Shown one piece after another: positions 50,682 through 60,535 of a stretch of DNA of 64,000 nucleotides (the first letter of the stretch is position 1; the number at the start of each line of letters is the position of its first letter). This stretch comes from a bacterium. GTDB lineage: Archaea; Thermoplasmatota; E2; JACPAO01; JAHFTW01. A model generated the notes under the pieces. The model was not told the origin of the DNA, did no database searches, and saw nothing but the letters and a program-made list of their open reading frames with translations. Made by a program: the position numbers and the translations under genes. The stretch spans positions 410,930-474,929 of the forward strand of contig JAZJZE010000009.1 of NCBI GenBank assembly GCA_040390065.1, read 5' to 3'.

Positions 50682-52193
50682 TCAGATGAGCTTCAGAACG
50701 TCCATTCCACGGCTCAAGTCGCCGGTGAAAAGGTAGCCGTTGTCGTACGCGGTCTCCCACGTGTTCGAGTGGTCCTGGTACTGGCTGATCATCTTCGGCA
50801 CGACGCCGGGGCCGACGTTCGTGAAGTCGAGCAGGATGACGCCGTCACCGTAGTAGCTCATGGCCAAAAGGTCGCGGCCTTCCATGTCCGGGACCATGCG
50901 GCCGTGGTGGGTCGTGCAACTGGCCGAGTGGATCTGGCCGTCGGTGCCCGCGTACGTGGTTGGCTGCACGGGTGGCTCGAAGTAGCCAAGAACCTGCGGG
51001 CTCGCCTCGTTTGAGACGTCGTAGAACCACGTTGCGCCGATTGGAGTGCCGGCCGAGGAGCCGTCCAGGGGCACGGCGGCGCTGGCTGCGCAACCGGGGG
51101 GCAAGCCGCCGCCGCCGGACTCGTCGCCGACGTACAGGACGTCACCCTTGATGTTCATGCCAGCGGAGTGGCTGAACATCTCGACCGAGGCGGAGTTGCT
51201 CGGGCCGTTGGCAACACCAGAGTGCACCGGGATCGACACGATGACCTTCGGGTGCTCCGGGTCGGTCGTGTCCCACAGCTGCGTGTACTGGATGCCGGCG
51301 CAGATGGCGCGGAACTTGTTCTGCGTCGCGTTGTTCCAGAAGAAGATGTGGTGGCAGGACAAGCCGTTCTTGAATTCCTGCACCAATTTCGGGTGTTCCG
51401 GGTCGGTGAGGTTGTAGATGGAGGTGTAGCCGACGCAGTTCGTGATGGAGGCGCTGCACGTTCCGGGGCCGAGGCCGAGCGGGTTGATCGGGCTCGAGGC
51501 TTCGCCACCGTTCGAGCCGGCGTTGTACACGATAGGCGTGCCGGGGACGACGCCCAGCTTGTGGCCGCCCTCGCTGGGGGAGACGTCTGCCAGTTGCACC
51601 GGGTGGACTGGGTCCGTGAAGTCGATGACGTCGAAGCCCGGGCTCGTCGAGATGACGGTGACGAGCCTGCCGTTCGGGTAGGCGATGATGGCGGCGCCGC
51701 GGCCGCCGGTGTCGATGGCCGAGAGCGGGACGGGGTGCGTCGGGTCGGAGATGTCGACGAAGTGGGCCTGCGAGCCGTCCTCCGGAACGACGGCGATGCG
51801 GCCGAAGAGTGCGATTCCTGCGCCCTGCGTCACGTTGCCGCCGACCTGCAGGAGGTGCTGCATGCCCGTGACGTGAGCCGGAAGAGCCGTGCCGTTGATC
51901 GGGTTCCACCAAGCGAGGCAGCCCGTCGTGTACGGCGTCGTGGCGTTGCGTGCCGTGCGGGCCATGCAGCCGTCAGGCGTCGACGGCAGGGGGCCGATGG
52001 CGGGGTTCGAGAGGGTCGGCCAGCCCCACTTGGCGTGCGGGGCGTTCTGCGGGTCTGCCCAGAGAGCGGGTCCGGCGAGGAGGTTGACGGCTGCCGCATG
52101 GTCGTCCGTCGTCGTGGTCGTGGTCTCGGTCTGGGCGCAGCCGGCAAACAGCGCAAAAAACAGCGCCGCGGCCGACAGGAGTCGCAGGGACAT
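50682..52193 (-). CDS. LVIVD-repeat lipoprotein
   Basis: FAGC lipobox; repeated (V/I)D(I/F)(S/T)DP.HP units; CHHI, HS, GDE.GGG, CTTH motifs. Confidence 0.85.
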   Translation of the reverse strand: MSLRLLSAAALFFALFAGCAQTETTTTTTDDHAAAVNLLAGPALWADPQNAPHAKWGWPTLSNPAIGPLPSTPDGCMARTARNATTPYTTGCLAWWNPINGTALPAHVTGMQHLLQVGGNVTQGAGIALFGRIAVVPEDGSQAHFVDISDPTHPVPLSAIDTGGRGAAIIAYPNGRLVTVISTSPGFDVIDFTDPVHPVQLADVSPSEGGHKLGVVPGTPIVYNAGSNGGEASSPINPLGLGPGTCSASITNCVGYTSIYNLTDPEHPKLVQEFKNGLSCHHIFFWNNATQNKFRAICAGIQYTQLWDTTDPEHPKVIVSIPVHSGVANGPSNSASVEMFSHSAGMNIKGDVLYVGDESGGGGLPPGCAASAAVPLDGSSAGTPIGATWFYDVSNEASPQVLGYFEPPVQPTTYAGTDGQIHSASCTTHHGRMVPDMEGRDLLAMSYYGDGVILLDFTNVGPGVVPKMISQYQDHSNTWETAYDNGYLFTGDLSRGMDVLKLI

Positions 52194-52242
52194 GGCTCCG
52201 GCGACGCCAGGTACGCTTCAAGAGGCTTGTGTCGTCCACGTC

Positions 52243-53577
52243 TCAGGCTAGTTTCAGGACGTCCATGCCGCGGCCGATGTCCCCGGTGAAGACGTAGCCG
52301 TTCCAGACGCGCGCGTTCCACGTGTTGATTCCAGGGGCCCGGTACTGGCTCAGGATGGCCGGATGCGACGGTTCCGTGAAGTCGATCAGCAGGACGCCGG
52401 CGTTGTACCAGGCGATGACGAATTTCTCCTCGCCGGGAACGAGGGTCCCGAAGTGCGCCGTGCAGCCAGCGCCCGGCGTCTCGTCAGGCTCCGTCGGCAC
52501 TTGCGGGACCGGTTCGTCCTGGGGCCGCATGGTGGGGGGGCTGATCCAGCCCTTGAGCACGGGCGACGCCTCGTTCGCGACGTCGTAGAACCACAACGCA
52601 CCAAGGGGCGTGGCAAGTCCCGTCGTTGGCTCGTACGCGAAGCACGCGCCCGGCTGGCCGCCGCCCGAGTATTCGTCGCCGATGATGAGCACCGTGCCCG
52701 CGGCGTTGGAGCCAGCGTAGTGGTGCAAGCCGCGTGTGCCGATGAGGGGATTCGCCGTCTTGTCGACGGTCGCAAGGACCGTGATGCCGAAGTTGGGCTT
52801 GGCGGGGTCGAAGCCGTCGAGGCTCCAGATCTCCGTCGCCTGGACGCCGGCGCAGTAGGCGCGGAACTTAGGTTGGCCCAGCGTTCCGTGGAATGTGATG
52901 CCATGACAGCCGTAGATGCCGAACTTCCCAACGACGACGGGGTGGCAAGGGTCGCGGGCGTCGATGAGTTCGTTGCCGTTGCCCATTCCCGACGACGGTG
53001 CGTTGAAGACGTACTCGGTGCCCGGCACGACCGCCAGGTTGTGGTTGTTGACCCCTTCGAGCTCGACGTTCGACAGCCACACCGGCTGGCGCGGGTCCGT
53101 CACGTTCCAGAACTGCATGCCGAAGTGGTTGCGGCCGGTGGCCAGGATAAGGGTCCGGGTGCCGTCGGGGTGCGGCATGAGGTCGGCCTTGCGGGCGTAT
53201 TCGGTCTTGCCTTCCCGGCCAGTCGAGTTGAACACGAGGACAGGGTGCATCGGGTCGTGCACGTCGGCGATGAAGAAGACGTGGTTGAGGGCCGAGCCGA
53301 AGACGTAGTCGCCGGCGACTTGGTTGCCGGAGCCAGTCGGCCAGGGCACGCCCGCCGAGTCGTTGAGGCGCGCCACGAACTCAAGGCGCGTGACGGACTT
53401 CGGCTGCGGGTTGGCGGCAGTTGGCGCCGTATCCCAGGATGACAACGCAGCGGTCCCGTCGCCGACACGGGCGCTGGAGCACACGACGGGGCTTGACGTG
53501 GTTTCCGGGACCGACGACGACGTGCATCCGGCCAAGGCCGCGAAGGCGAACAGAATGACGGCGAGGATGGCGCGCAC
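52243..53577 (-). CDS. LVIVD-repeat lipoprotein (paralog)
   Basis: LAGC lipobox; DVHDPMHP and NVTDPRQP units; shares WFYDV.NEASP and TGD..RGMDVLKL with its neighbour. Confidence 0.85.
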   Translation of the reverse strand: MRAILAVILFAFAALAGCTSSSVPETTSSPVVCSSARVGDGTAALSSWDTAPTAANPQPKSVTRLEFVARLNDSAGVPWPTGSGNQVAGDYVFGSALNHVFFIADVHDPMHPVLVFNSTGREGKTEYARKADLMPHPDGTRTLILATGRNHFGMQFWNVTDPRQPVWLSNVELEGVNNHNLAVVPGTEYVFNAPSSGMGNGNELIDARDPCHPVVVGKFGIYGCHGITFHGTLGQPKFRAYCAGVQATEIWSLDGFDPAKPNFGITVLATVDKTANPLIGTRGLHHYAGSNAAGTVLIIGDEYSGGGQPGACFAYEPTTGLATPLGALWFYDVANEASPVLKGWISPPTMRPQDEPVPQVPTEPDETPGAGCTAHFGTLVPGEEKFVIAWYNAGVLLIDFTEPSHPAILSQYRAPGINTWNARVWNGYVFTGDIGRGMDVLKLA

Positions 53578-53621
53578 GATGCGCCGACGCGGGCGCCCCC
53601 TTGAAAGCGTTGCGTCGGGCG

Positions 53622-54782
53622 CTAGTACACTTCGAACAGGATGGCGTAGCCCTGCCCGCCGCCGACGCACATCGTCTCGATCGCCAGCCCGCCGCCCTTG
53701 CGGCCGAGGTTGTTGAGGATGTGGCTGGCGATGCGCGTACCGGTTGCGCCCAACGGGTGGCCGAGGGCGATGGCGCCGCCGTTCGGGTTCACGATGTCCT
53801 CGGGGATGCCGAGCTCACGGATGGAGGCAAGGACCTGGCTGCCGAAGGCCTCGTTGATCTCGAACTGCGCCAGGTCCGCGACCTTGACCCCCGTCTGCTT
53901 GAGAAGGCGGCGCACCGCGGGGATGGGGCCGATGCCCATGACTTCGGGCTCGACGCCAGCGACGGAAGCGCCGAGGATTGCGGCCTTCGGCTCCAGGCTG
54001 TGCTCCTGGGCGAACTTGGCGCTCGTGACGAGGCTCATGGCGGCGCCGTCGGACATCTGGCTCGCGTTGCCGGCGGTGACGACGCCGTCGGCCTTGAAGA
54101 CGGGTTTGAGGGCGGCGGTGGCTTCGTACGTGGACCCGTAGCGAATGCCCTCGTCCTTGGAGACGACGACCGGCTTGCCGTCGGGACCGGGTACGGTCAC
54201 GGGGACGATCTCGGCATCGAAGAGCCCGGATTTCTGGGCGGCTTCGGCGCGGTTGTGGCTGCGGACACCCCAGCGGTCCATGTCCTCGCGCGGCACCTTG
54301 TAGCGCTTGGCGACCTCTTCTGCCGTGATGCCCATGGCGTTGTAGTACGTCTTGCGGCGGTCCCACATGCGGGGATTGACGTAGAGTTCCGGGGTCATGC
54401 CGACCATGGGGATCATGCTCATGGTCTCGACGCCGCCTGCCACGAGGCAATCGTTCCAGCCCGACTGGATGGTGCTGTGTGCCAAGGCCATGGCGTAGGC
54501 GGAGCTCGAGCAGAAGCGGTTGATGGTCGCGGCACCGGACGCGTCTGGAAGGCCTGCGAGAAGGCCGACTTGGCGCGCGACGTTGTAGCCCTGCGGTCCC
54601 TCCGTCATGGCGCAGCCGACAAGCAGGTCTTCGACGTGCTTGGCGTCGAGTTTGGTTCGAGACAGCAGACCCTCCAGGCACCAGGCGCCCAGGTCGTCGC
54701 TGCGGGTCTTCGCAAACGAACCCTTGAACGCGCGGCCGATGGGCGTCCGGCAGGCGTCGATGATGACTGCTTCCTGCTGCAC
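53622..54782 (-). CDS. Acetyl-CoA C-acyltransferase (thiolase)
   Basis: NRFCSS, NEAF, GHPLGATG, MCVGGGQG. Confidence 0.96.
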   Translation of the reverse strand: MQQEAVIIDACRTPIGRAFKGSFAKTRSDDLGAWCLEGLLSRTKLDAKHVEDLLVGCAMTEGPQGYNVARQVGLLAGLPDASGAATINRFCSSSAYAMALAHSTIQSGWNDCLVAGGVETMSMIPMVGMTPELYVNPRMWDRRKTYYNAMGITAEEVAKRYKVPREDMDRWGVRSHNRAEAAQKSGLFDAEIVPVTVPGPDGKPVVVSKDEGIRYGSTYEATAALKPVFKADGVVTAGNASQMSDGAAMSLVTSAKFAQEHSLEPKAAILGASVAGVEPEVMGIGPIPAVRRLLKQTGVKVADLAQFEINEAFGSQVLASIRELGIPEDIVNPNGGAIALGHPLGATGTRIASHILNNLGRKGGGLAIETMCVGGGQGYAILFEVY

Positions 54783-54914
54783 GGAACGCCCCACGCGGTC
54801 GCGCAGGTTATAGGCTTCCGGGTGCGGGCAGGTACCTGCCACCAGCAATGCCCCTGCCATGCCGACCGTTGTCCCTGACAGCCTTTACGCGAAGGCGCCC
54901 AGAATGGGAATGCC

Positions 54915-55424
54915 ATGACGCAAACGCATCGCACGAAACGAACGCTCTGGCTCGCCGCCGCCCTGGCCCTCGCGGGCCTCGCCGCTTGGGCCCCTCCCGT
55001 CGTCGCGGATGGCAACGCCGGCACCGTGAAGGTGCAGGACGACAGCGACACCGGGAACATGTCGAACGACCCGCACGTCGGCTGCAGCTTCTCCGTCGAG
55101 GGATTCAACATGGCCGCCGCCTCCGGCACGCTCTCGATCCAGGCATGGCCGCCAACCGGCGACCGCAGCGAGGTCCTCGCCGCGAACTGGACAGCGGACG
55201 CCGACTCGGATGCGACGGGCAACCACTTCGTCGCAGGCGAGTTCTCACTGCCGTCCGGTCACTACAAGGTGTCCGCGAGCAACGAGCAGCACGCCAAGAC
55301 CAAGGTCTTCTGGGTCGACTGCCCCAACGCCAGTGTGCCGGTCTTCCCGACCACGACCGCACTGACCATCGGCACGACGGCCGCCCTCGGCGGAGCGTTC
55401 CTCATCCTGCGCCGCCGGCCTTGA
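54915..55424 (+). CDS. Small secreted protein with PEF-CTERM-like sorting signal (VPVFPT, TM, RRRP)
   Basis: Signal peptide; C-terminus SVPVFPTTTALTIGTTAALGGAFLILRRRP. Confidence 0.82.
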   Translation: MTQTHRTKRTLWLAAALALAGLAAWAPPVVADGNAGTVKVQDDSDTGNMSNDPHVGCSFSVEGFNMAAASGTLSIQAWPPTGDRSEVLAANWTADADSDATGNHFVAGEFSLPSGHYKVSASNEQHAKTKVFWVDCPNASVPVFPTTTALTIGTTAALGGAFLILRRRP

Positions 55425-55428
55425 TGGG

Positions 55429-56415
55429 ATGACCCCGCCCCTCCTCCTCTCTTCCACCCTTTCTCCGCCCATACCGGCGGACCCGCAGCCGCAGCCAAGC
55501 CCAGCGCCGAGCGCGCGAGCCTACATCGGTTTGGCAATCCTCGGGTGGGGCCTTTCCATGGTTCTTGGCGCATCCCCGCACGAAGACCCGTTGGTCGGCG
55601 CCGCGTTGGCCTTCTTCGGCGCCGCACTCCTCGTCTCGTCACCGCGGCTTCCGCACGTCGAGCACCTGCCCTCCACCCTCGTCGCTTGCGTTGGGATGGC
55701 ACTATGCGTTGCCATCGCCGCAGGGACCGCCCTCGCGCACACCGGGCTGAACGTGACGAAGGCCGCCGTCCTTGCCGCGGGGCTCGCGTTGGTCGCGTGC
55801 GCTCCCCTCATTGCGACCCACAGGACCATTCCATGGCGCGGCGACCAGGTCCCGCTGGCCACCGTCGCGGCCGCAATCCTCGTCGCGCTGGCCGCTCCCC
55901 TTGCCGTCTGGGGCGCGCAGGCCACCTTCAAGGACGCCTTCGGGGCGACGCCGGTCGAAACCTTCGTCGCCTTCGGCCTCCTCGTGCCGCTCGCGTTCCT
56001 GGCCAACCTCGCAGGACTGCACGCCGTCGCGCGGGGCCAGGATCTCATCTATGCAACGCCGCGAGGCCAGCTGGACGTCCAGGTCGGCGCGGCCTGCTCC
56101 GGCGTCGAGGCCATGGCCGTCTTCACGGCCGTCCTGGCCTTGTACTGCCTCATCGAACGCCCCGGTGGGAGGGCCCTGGGCATGTGGAGTCTTGTCGGCC
56201 TAATCGGCGTCTACGTGGCCAACATTCTGCGCCTCACGCTGCTCGTCGCCGTTGGCTACTGGTGGGGAACGGACGCACTGCTTCGCGCGCACGCGGAGGC
56301 CGGCTGGATCGTCTTCGTGGCCTGGGCACTCGTGTTTTCGTGGCTCGTCCGTTCGCAGGTGTCGCGTTCGCGCAAACGCGGGGCAGCCCCGCTGCCGCAG
56401 GATGGCCCTCCGTAG
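55429..56415 (+). CDS. Exosortase/archaeosortase family protein
   Basis: Multi-TM protein with VGAACSG (Cys), ANILRL (Arg) and AHAEAG (His) catalytic triad. Confidence 0.88.
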   Translation: MTPPLLLSSTLSPPIPADPQPQPSPAPSARAYIGLAILGWGLSMVLGASPHEDPLVGAALAFFGAALLVSSPRLPHVEHLPSTLVACVGMALCVAIAAGTALAHTGLNVTKAAVLAAGLALVACAPLIATHRTIPWRGDQVPLATVAAAILVALAAPLAVWGAQATFKDAFGATPVETFVAFGLLVPLAFLANLAGLHAVARGQDLIYATPRGQLDVQVGAACSGVEAMAVFTAVLALYCLIERPGGRALGMWSLVGLIGVYVANILRLTLLVAVGYWWGTDALLRAHAEAGWIVFVAWALVFSWLVRSQVSRSRKRGAAPLPQDGPP

Positions 56416-56422
56416 TGGCCCG

Positions 56423-57073
56423 TCAGGTACGACGGAACACGAAGGGCAAGATCTGGTCGAGCGGGCCCCCCTCGATCGTCCACGTCGCATGCTCGCGCGT
56501 GTAGTCGTCCTCCGGATGGAACGCCACGGACCGCCCGGCGACCTCGAACATCGAGACATCGGGCAGCGAATTGCCGACGCACAGCACGCGTTCGAGGGGG
56601 ATGCCGAGTTCCTTGGCGAAGCGCACGACGGGTGCCGCCTTGTCGTTCAACGGAGTGCGCACGACGCCTTCGCCCGTGATGTGGCCGTCGTCATCGTAGA
56701 CGAAGCCGTTCGCGGCAACACGTTCGATGCCGAGCCGCTTCGCGAGGTTCTCCGCCATGACGTCGACCCCGCCCGACACGATTGCGACCTCGACACCGTG
56801 GGCGCCCAGCGCCGCGATGGTGTGCTCGACTCCGGGCATGAGCGGCGGGACGCGGAAGATGTCCTCGAAGTCGCTGCGCCGGATCTTCGGCTTCAGCCGC
56901 AGCCACAAGGCGGCGTCGCGCCGAATGAATTCCCGGTCGTCGAACTCGCCGTTGAGGTAGCCGCGCAGGCTCGCCTCGTTCTGCACGCCGAAATGCTTGT
57001 GGACCATCACCCAAGACGAGCCCACGTCGATGAGGACACCATCCATGTCGAAGCAGACGAGTTCGACGGGCAC
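56423..57073 (-). CDS. HAD-IB phosphatase (phosphoserine phosphatase-like)
   Basis: FDMDG, IVSGG, K, and VGNSLPD (GD replaced by GN). Start may be 57106. Confidence 0.87.
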   Translation of the reverse strand: MPVELVCFDMDGVLIDVGSSWVMVHKHFGVQNEASLRGYLNGEFDDREFIRRDAALWLRLKPKIRRSDFEDIFRVPPLMPGVEHTIAALGAHGVEVAIVSGGVDVMAENLAKRLGIERVAANGFVYDDDGHITGEGVVRTPLNDKAAPVVRFAKELGIPLERVLCVGNSLPDVSMFEVAGRSVAFHPEDDYTREHATWTIEGGPLDQILPFVFRRT

Positions 57074-57251
57074 CTCCGGCCCCGGCTGCCGCGTCGGCGC
57101 GCGCACGACGCGGTGGCGATGATAGAAGGCGGCGAGGGCGTCCTTCAAGTGGGGCCGCCGACGGCGAACGGCGCTTAGCGTTTGGCGTGGGGTCCGTGGC
57201 CACATCAGGCCCGTCGCCAACCTAGAAGAATCCGGCGCCGTTGGACCCGCC

Positions 57252-57929
57252 ATGGCCGACGCGCCGGGACGACCCCGGCTGAAGGACATCCTCGATGGCA
57301 AGGTGCCGCGCCTGCAGGAAGCGCGCCCACTGCCCCGCCTGTCGGAGGACGACGTCGTCAACTTGGCGGCGCCGGCCTCGCAGCAGATCGGCGACAAAGC
57401 CTCGCCGGCGTTCATCAAGAGCCTCCTGCATGGCAAGGACGCCATGATGCGCCGCGCCGGGACGAAGCAGGCGGAAACGAGCGAGCGCACGTACGCAGTC
57501 CCGTACCCAAGCGCCGTGCTTGCCTACGGCTTGTCACTGCAGCGCAACCGGCTCCCCGTGGTGACCATGTTCGACACGGCGGCCGGCGGCATCCTCGAGG
57601 CGGACATCGCGACGGACATCATGGGCAATCCCGGCATCCTGACCATCGCATTCTTCGACGAACCCGCTAGCATCCGCGTCGACGCATCGTCGGAATTCGC
57701 GGGCCAACTCAAGCAGGGCAGCAACGCTCGTCGCTTGCTCCTGGAATTCGTGGCCGACGCCGAGTCGTACCTGCGCAAACTCGAACCCGCATGGCGGCCC
57801 CCCGCAGCCCCGGAGCGGCAGGAAGCCCCGCACGCCGCGCCCGCCCCCCCGCCGCCCACCGACCCGCACCCGGGCTGGTTGGCCGTCGACGAACCCGCCG
57901 GCTGGCTCCCTCTGGACGACGAGCCGTAG
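57252..57929 (+). CDS. Hypothetical protein
   Basis: 225-aa ORF with typical codon usage and a Pro-rich tail. Confidence 0.7.
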   Translation: MADAPGRPRLKDILDGKVPRLQEARPLPRLSEDDVVNLAAPASQQIGDKASPAFIKSLLHGKDAMMRRAGTKQAETSERTYAVPYPSAVLAYGLSLQRNRLPVVTMFDTAAGGILEADIATDIMGNPGILTIAFFDEPASIRVDASSEFAGQLKQGSNARRLLLEFVADAESYLRKLEPAWRPPAAPERQEAPHAAPAPPPPTDPHPGWLAVDEPAGWLPLDDEP

Positions 57930-58649
57930 CCGCCGAAACAGTCAACCGCCCGCCGGCCCCAATCCATGTGGCACCCGCCGGGAACGTCGGCACGTTGATG
58001 GAAGGCGACTCCCCAGCCTCGAATAGACCCCATTCTGTTTCCCAGCCACTCTCGCGAATGTCTGGCAAGCGGCATCCGACTACGCGTCGCATGGACTTGC
58101 ACCCCGAGGGACGATGACCGTTTCAACAAATCCGCAAGAGACGTCAGGACCAAGTCCATCATCCCATTCCCGCGACTGTGTCGTTTCTGCGTCTCATCCA
58201 GCCCGTCTCCAGGCTCCAGCTTCTGCCGACCCGTTCTGCGCCTTGCGGCGCTGGTGTGGGGATCTTCCTCAGCCACCCTTGCGGGCTACCGTCAGCCGCT
58301 CTGAGGCGAGGGAGTCAATTCAGCGGCACGCCCGCCTGCCCTTTACGGTTTCGGCGCTATTCAACTTCGTTCAGGTTCCGAACCAGACCGGCTTGGGCAT
58401 CGAAGTCGTCCAGGAAGACGCGCTCCCAGTCACCGCACTCCGCACACGAACATTCCTCATCGTGCGCCAGGGGTACGCAGCCCATGGCTTTGCGCGGCAA
58501 AGGGAGGGGCGGTAGCGTGAATTCCCTACTCCAGCCACCCAACATGCAAGAGATCCCGCCATGACGCCCATGAGAACGGCCCGAACCGGCGCAGGCTTCC
58601 GCTTCAGCCGACGCCGCATGGAGGCGCGGCCGCCCCTTTCGAAAAGGCC

Positions 58650-59102
58650 CTAGGCTCGCGACCCATTTTCTACGCCTGCCGGCAGACGCGCACGAATGTG
58701 GCCCAGCAGCGCGTCCGCCTGCGCAGCCGAAATCCGTCGAATCCGGATGACCAGGGCTCGGCCCGAGGAGGACCGTAGTCTCAGGCCGACAACTAGAGCC
58801 AAGGAAGTCGACGCGCCGGCGCCCACGATCGCAAACTCATCGATTTCCTCCCACCTGAGCACCTTTTTCCTGAAAGCATAAGTCATGGAAACGGTCCGTT
58901 CCGTAAGGCGGATTTCCATTGTAAGCACGGACCACAGGAACCATGCATAGAAGCCACCGAACAGCAACGCGAACAGGACCGGGCCAACGTGCTCGCTTGA
59001 AACAATCCCGTCCCAGACAGATATCATTGCCAAAGGGAGAAAGATGATGCTGGGCCCAAGAATGTTGGGGCGGGGATGAATCACCAGGTCGCCCACGAAC
59101 AT
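58650..59102 (-). CDS. Membrane protein with bacterial PH-like domain
   Basis: Two TM helices followed by IRLTERTV...LRWEEI; atypical codon usage. Confidence 0.6.
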   Translation of the reverse strand: MFVGDLVIHPRPNILGPSIIFLPLAMISVWDGIVSSEHVGPVLFALLFGGFYAWFLWSVLTMEIRLTERTVSMTYAFRKKVLRWEEIDEFAIVGAGASTSLALVVGLRLRSSSGRALVIRIRRISAAQADALLGHIRARLPAGVENGSRA

Positions 59103-59292
59103 TTTCCCCCAGAATTCGCATGCCCAAAGCACCCCGAAGCGAAAATCGCGGCGAGGGAACACGCGGCGACAAACAAGGATGAGTGGTTTGCCATTTCCCG
59201 CCTTCGCGTGAAAGAGGAGCGCATGTAACAATAACCTTTGCCGGCCAGCCGTCCGCCCCAATCTTCATCCCGCCTCCGTCCTCGCCGCCAGC

Positions 59293-59706
59293 GTGGACGA
59301 CGCGCCGCGCCAGGGGCCCCCGGGTGCGGCCCGCTTCGTCGGCTTCGGCGTGCTGTTGTTCCTGCTCGCCATCTTGATGGCGCGCCTCATCATCTACGGG
59401 TCGTGGGGTTGGGCGGTCGCCGCCTTTGCCGCTCCCGCGGTCCTCCTGGTCCTGCGCTTCCTCATGGGTTGGGGGGCCGCCTTCGTCCTGTCCGGCTTCT
59501 TCGTCGCGGCCGTCCTGGGCTTGCGCGCCATCCTCGACGAACCCCGCGTCAGTTGGGCCCTGCTCCTCGTGCTGACCCTGTTCCTGTTCTCCGCCATGCT
59601 GGCCGGCCGCGTGGCCGTGACACTGTGGGAGTTGCGCAAGCCTGGGCCCGAGGCCGAGCCGAAACCGGATACCGACGGCGACCTATTGCAAGGAAAACCC
59701 GAGTAG
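59293..59706 (+). CDS. Small 4-TM membrane protein
   Basis: Hydrophobic 137-aa ORF. Confidence 0.72.
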   Translation: MDDAPRQGPPGAARFVGFGVLLFLLAILMARLIIYGSWGWAVAAFAAPAVLLVLRFLMGWGAAFVLSGFFVAAVLGLRAILDEPRVSWALLLVLTLFLFSAMLAGRVAVTLWELRKPGPEAEPKPDTDGDLLQGKPE

Positions 59707-59795
59707 CCGAAAAGAGATTGGAGAGAGAAGGAAAAGGGAACTTGGGCGGGCCCATACGGGCCACGCCACGCACTTGGACCTGATGGTCCAAATGC

Positions 59796-60002
59796 TTACT
59801 TGTTGGCCAGGAACGGGAGGCCCGTGCGCTGGTTGATGCCGACCTTCTTGCCGGCCGGCATCTCGGACCACTTGCAGCCCGGCTTCAGCTTCGCGCCGGT
59901 CTTGCAGAAGAAGTAGATCTGCTGCTTGCGGCCGCCCTTCAGTTCGACGTTGCGGGTCGCGAGGACGTAGGTTCCCTTCTTGGTCTTGTGTTCGTACGGC
60001 AT
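59796..60002 (-). CDS. Small basic hypothetical protein (68 aa)
   Basis: MPYEHKTKKGTYVL...LKGGRKQQIYFF...NQRTGLPFL; strongly biased codons; TTATA box upstream. Confidence 0.85.
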   Translation of the reverse strand: MPYEHKTKKGTYVLATRNVELKGGRKQQIYFFCKTGAKLKPGCKWSEMPAGKKVGINQRTGLPFLANK

Positions 60003-60061
60003 AGGTGGGATTCCCCCAGTGTCCAACAGAAGGGCGACCCCTATAACCTTGCCGAAACACA

Positions 60062-60310
60062 ACAGGAGGGCAACAGGAGGGCATTTTCGTCTCCGCCCAG
60101 AAGGGCATTTTCCTCCTGTTGGCGGCCCTCCCAGGAAGGGGCGAAATCCCCCCCAGGAGAGGCCCAGAAGGTGCCCTTCCGGTGGGACCGGTGGATTCCA
60201 TCCAGGAGGCCGATGATCGGCAGGGCGGAGCAGGGGCCGTTGCCCAGAGTCGCCGGTTGCATCCTGGAGGCGCCTGAAGGAACATGTAGGCACCTGAAGG
60301 CACCTGAACT
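60062..60310 (+). repeat. Array of about 12 MCWGRAGG-like octamers, partly 10/11-bp phased
   Basis: Copies at 60062, 60073, 60097, 60131, 60153, 60164, 60202, 60263, 60273, 60283, 60293, 60303 (some degenerate), plus one inverted copy at 60112. Confidence 0.6.
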
Positions 60311-60464
60311 CCACTGTAGTATAGTAGAGGCTACCAGATTGGGAGGCAGACGCCCGGCAGGCGGTAAGGCGAACGCGCTGGGGCCGGGTTCCGGCGGGCG
60401 CTTGCGGAAGGCCGCCTGCGTGTAGCCCCGCAAGGCTCCCGAGTATATGGTGGGAAAAGGTGGA

Positions 60465-60535
60465 GAAAGTCGGGACTGCCGGATTTGAACCGGCGTAATC
60501 CAGATCTACAGTCTGGCGCCCAACCGAGCTAGACG
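60465..60535 (-). repeat. 71-bp direct duplication of tRNA-Tyr (all but the 5'-most 8 nt)
   Basis: Identical to 60642-60712; 177-bp period. Confidence 0.9.

Noticed and set aside
57930-58640. Possible small ORFs or decayed genes, e.g. a Cys/acidic peptide ending at 58357
   Set aside because: No recognisable motif or codon bias; not supportable.
60300-60330. Archaeal ORB / replication origin
   Set aside because: Only a weak partial resemblance to ORB, and no cdc6/orc1 gene in the window; kept only as one hypothesis for the octamer array.
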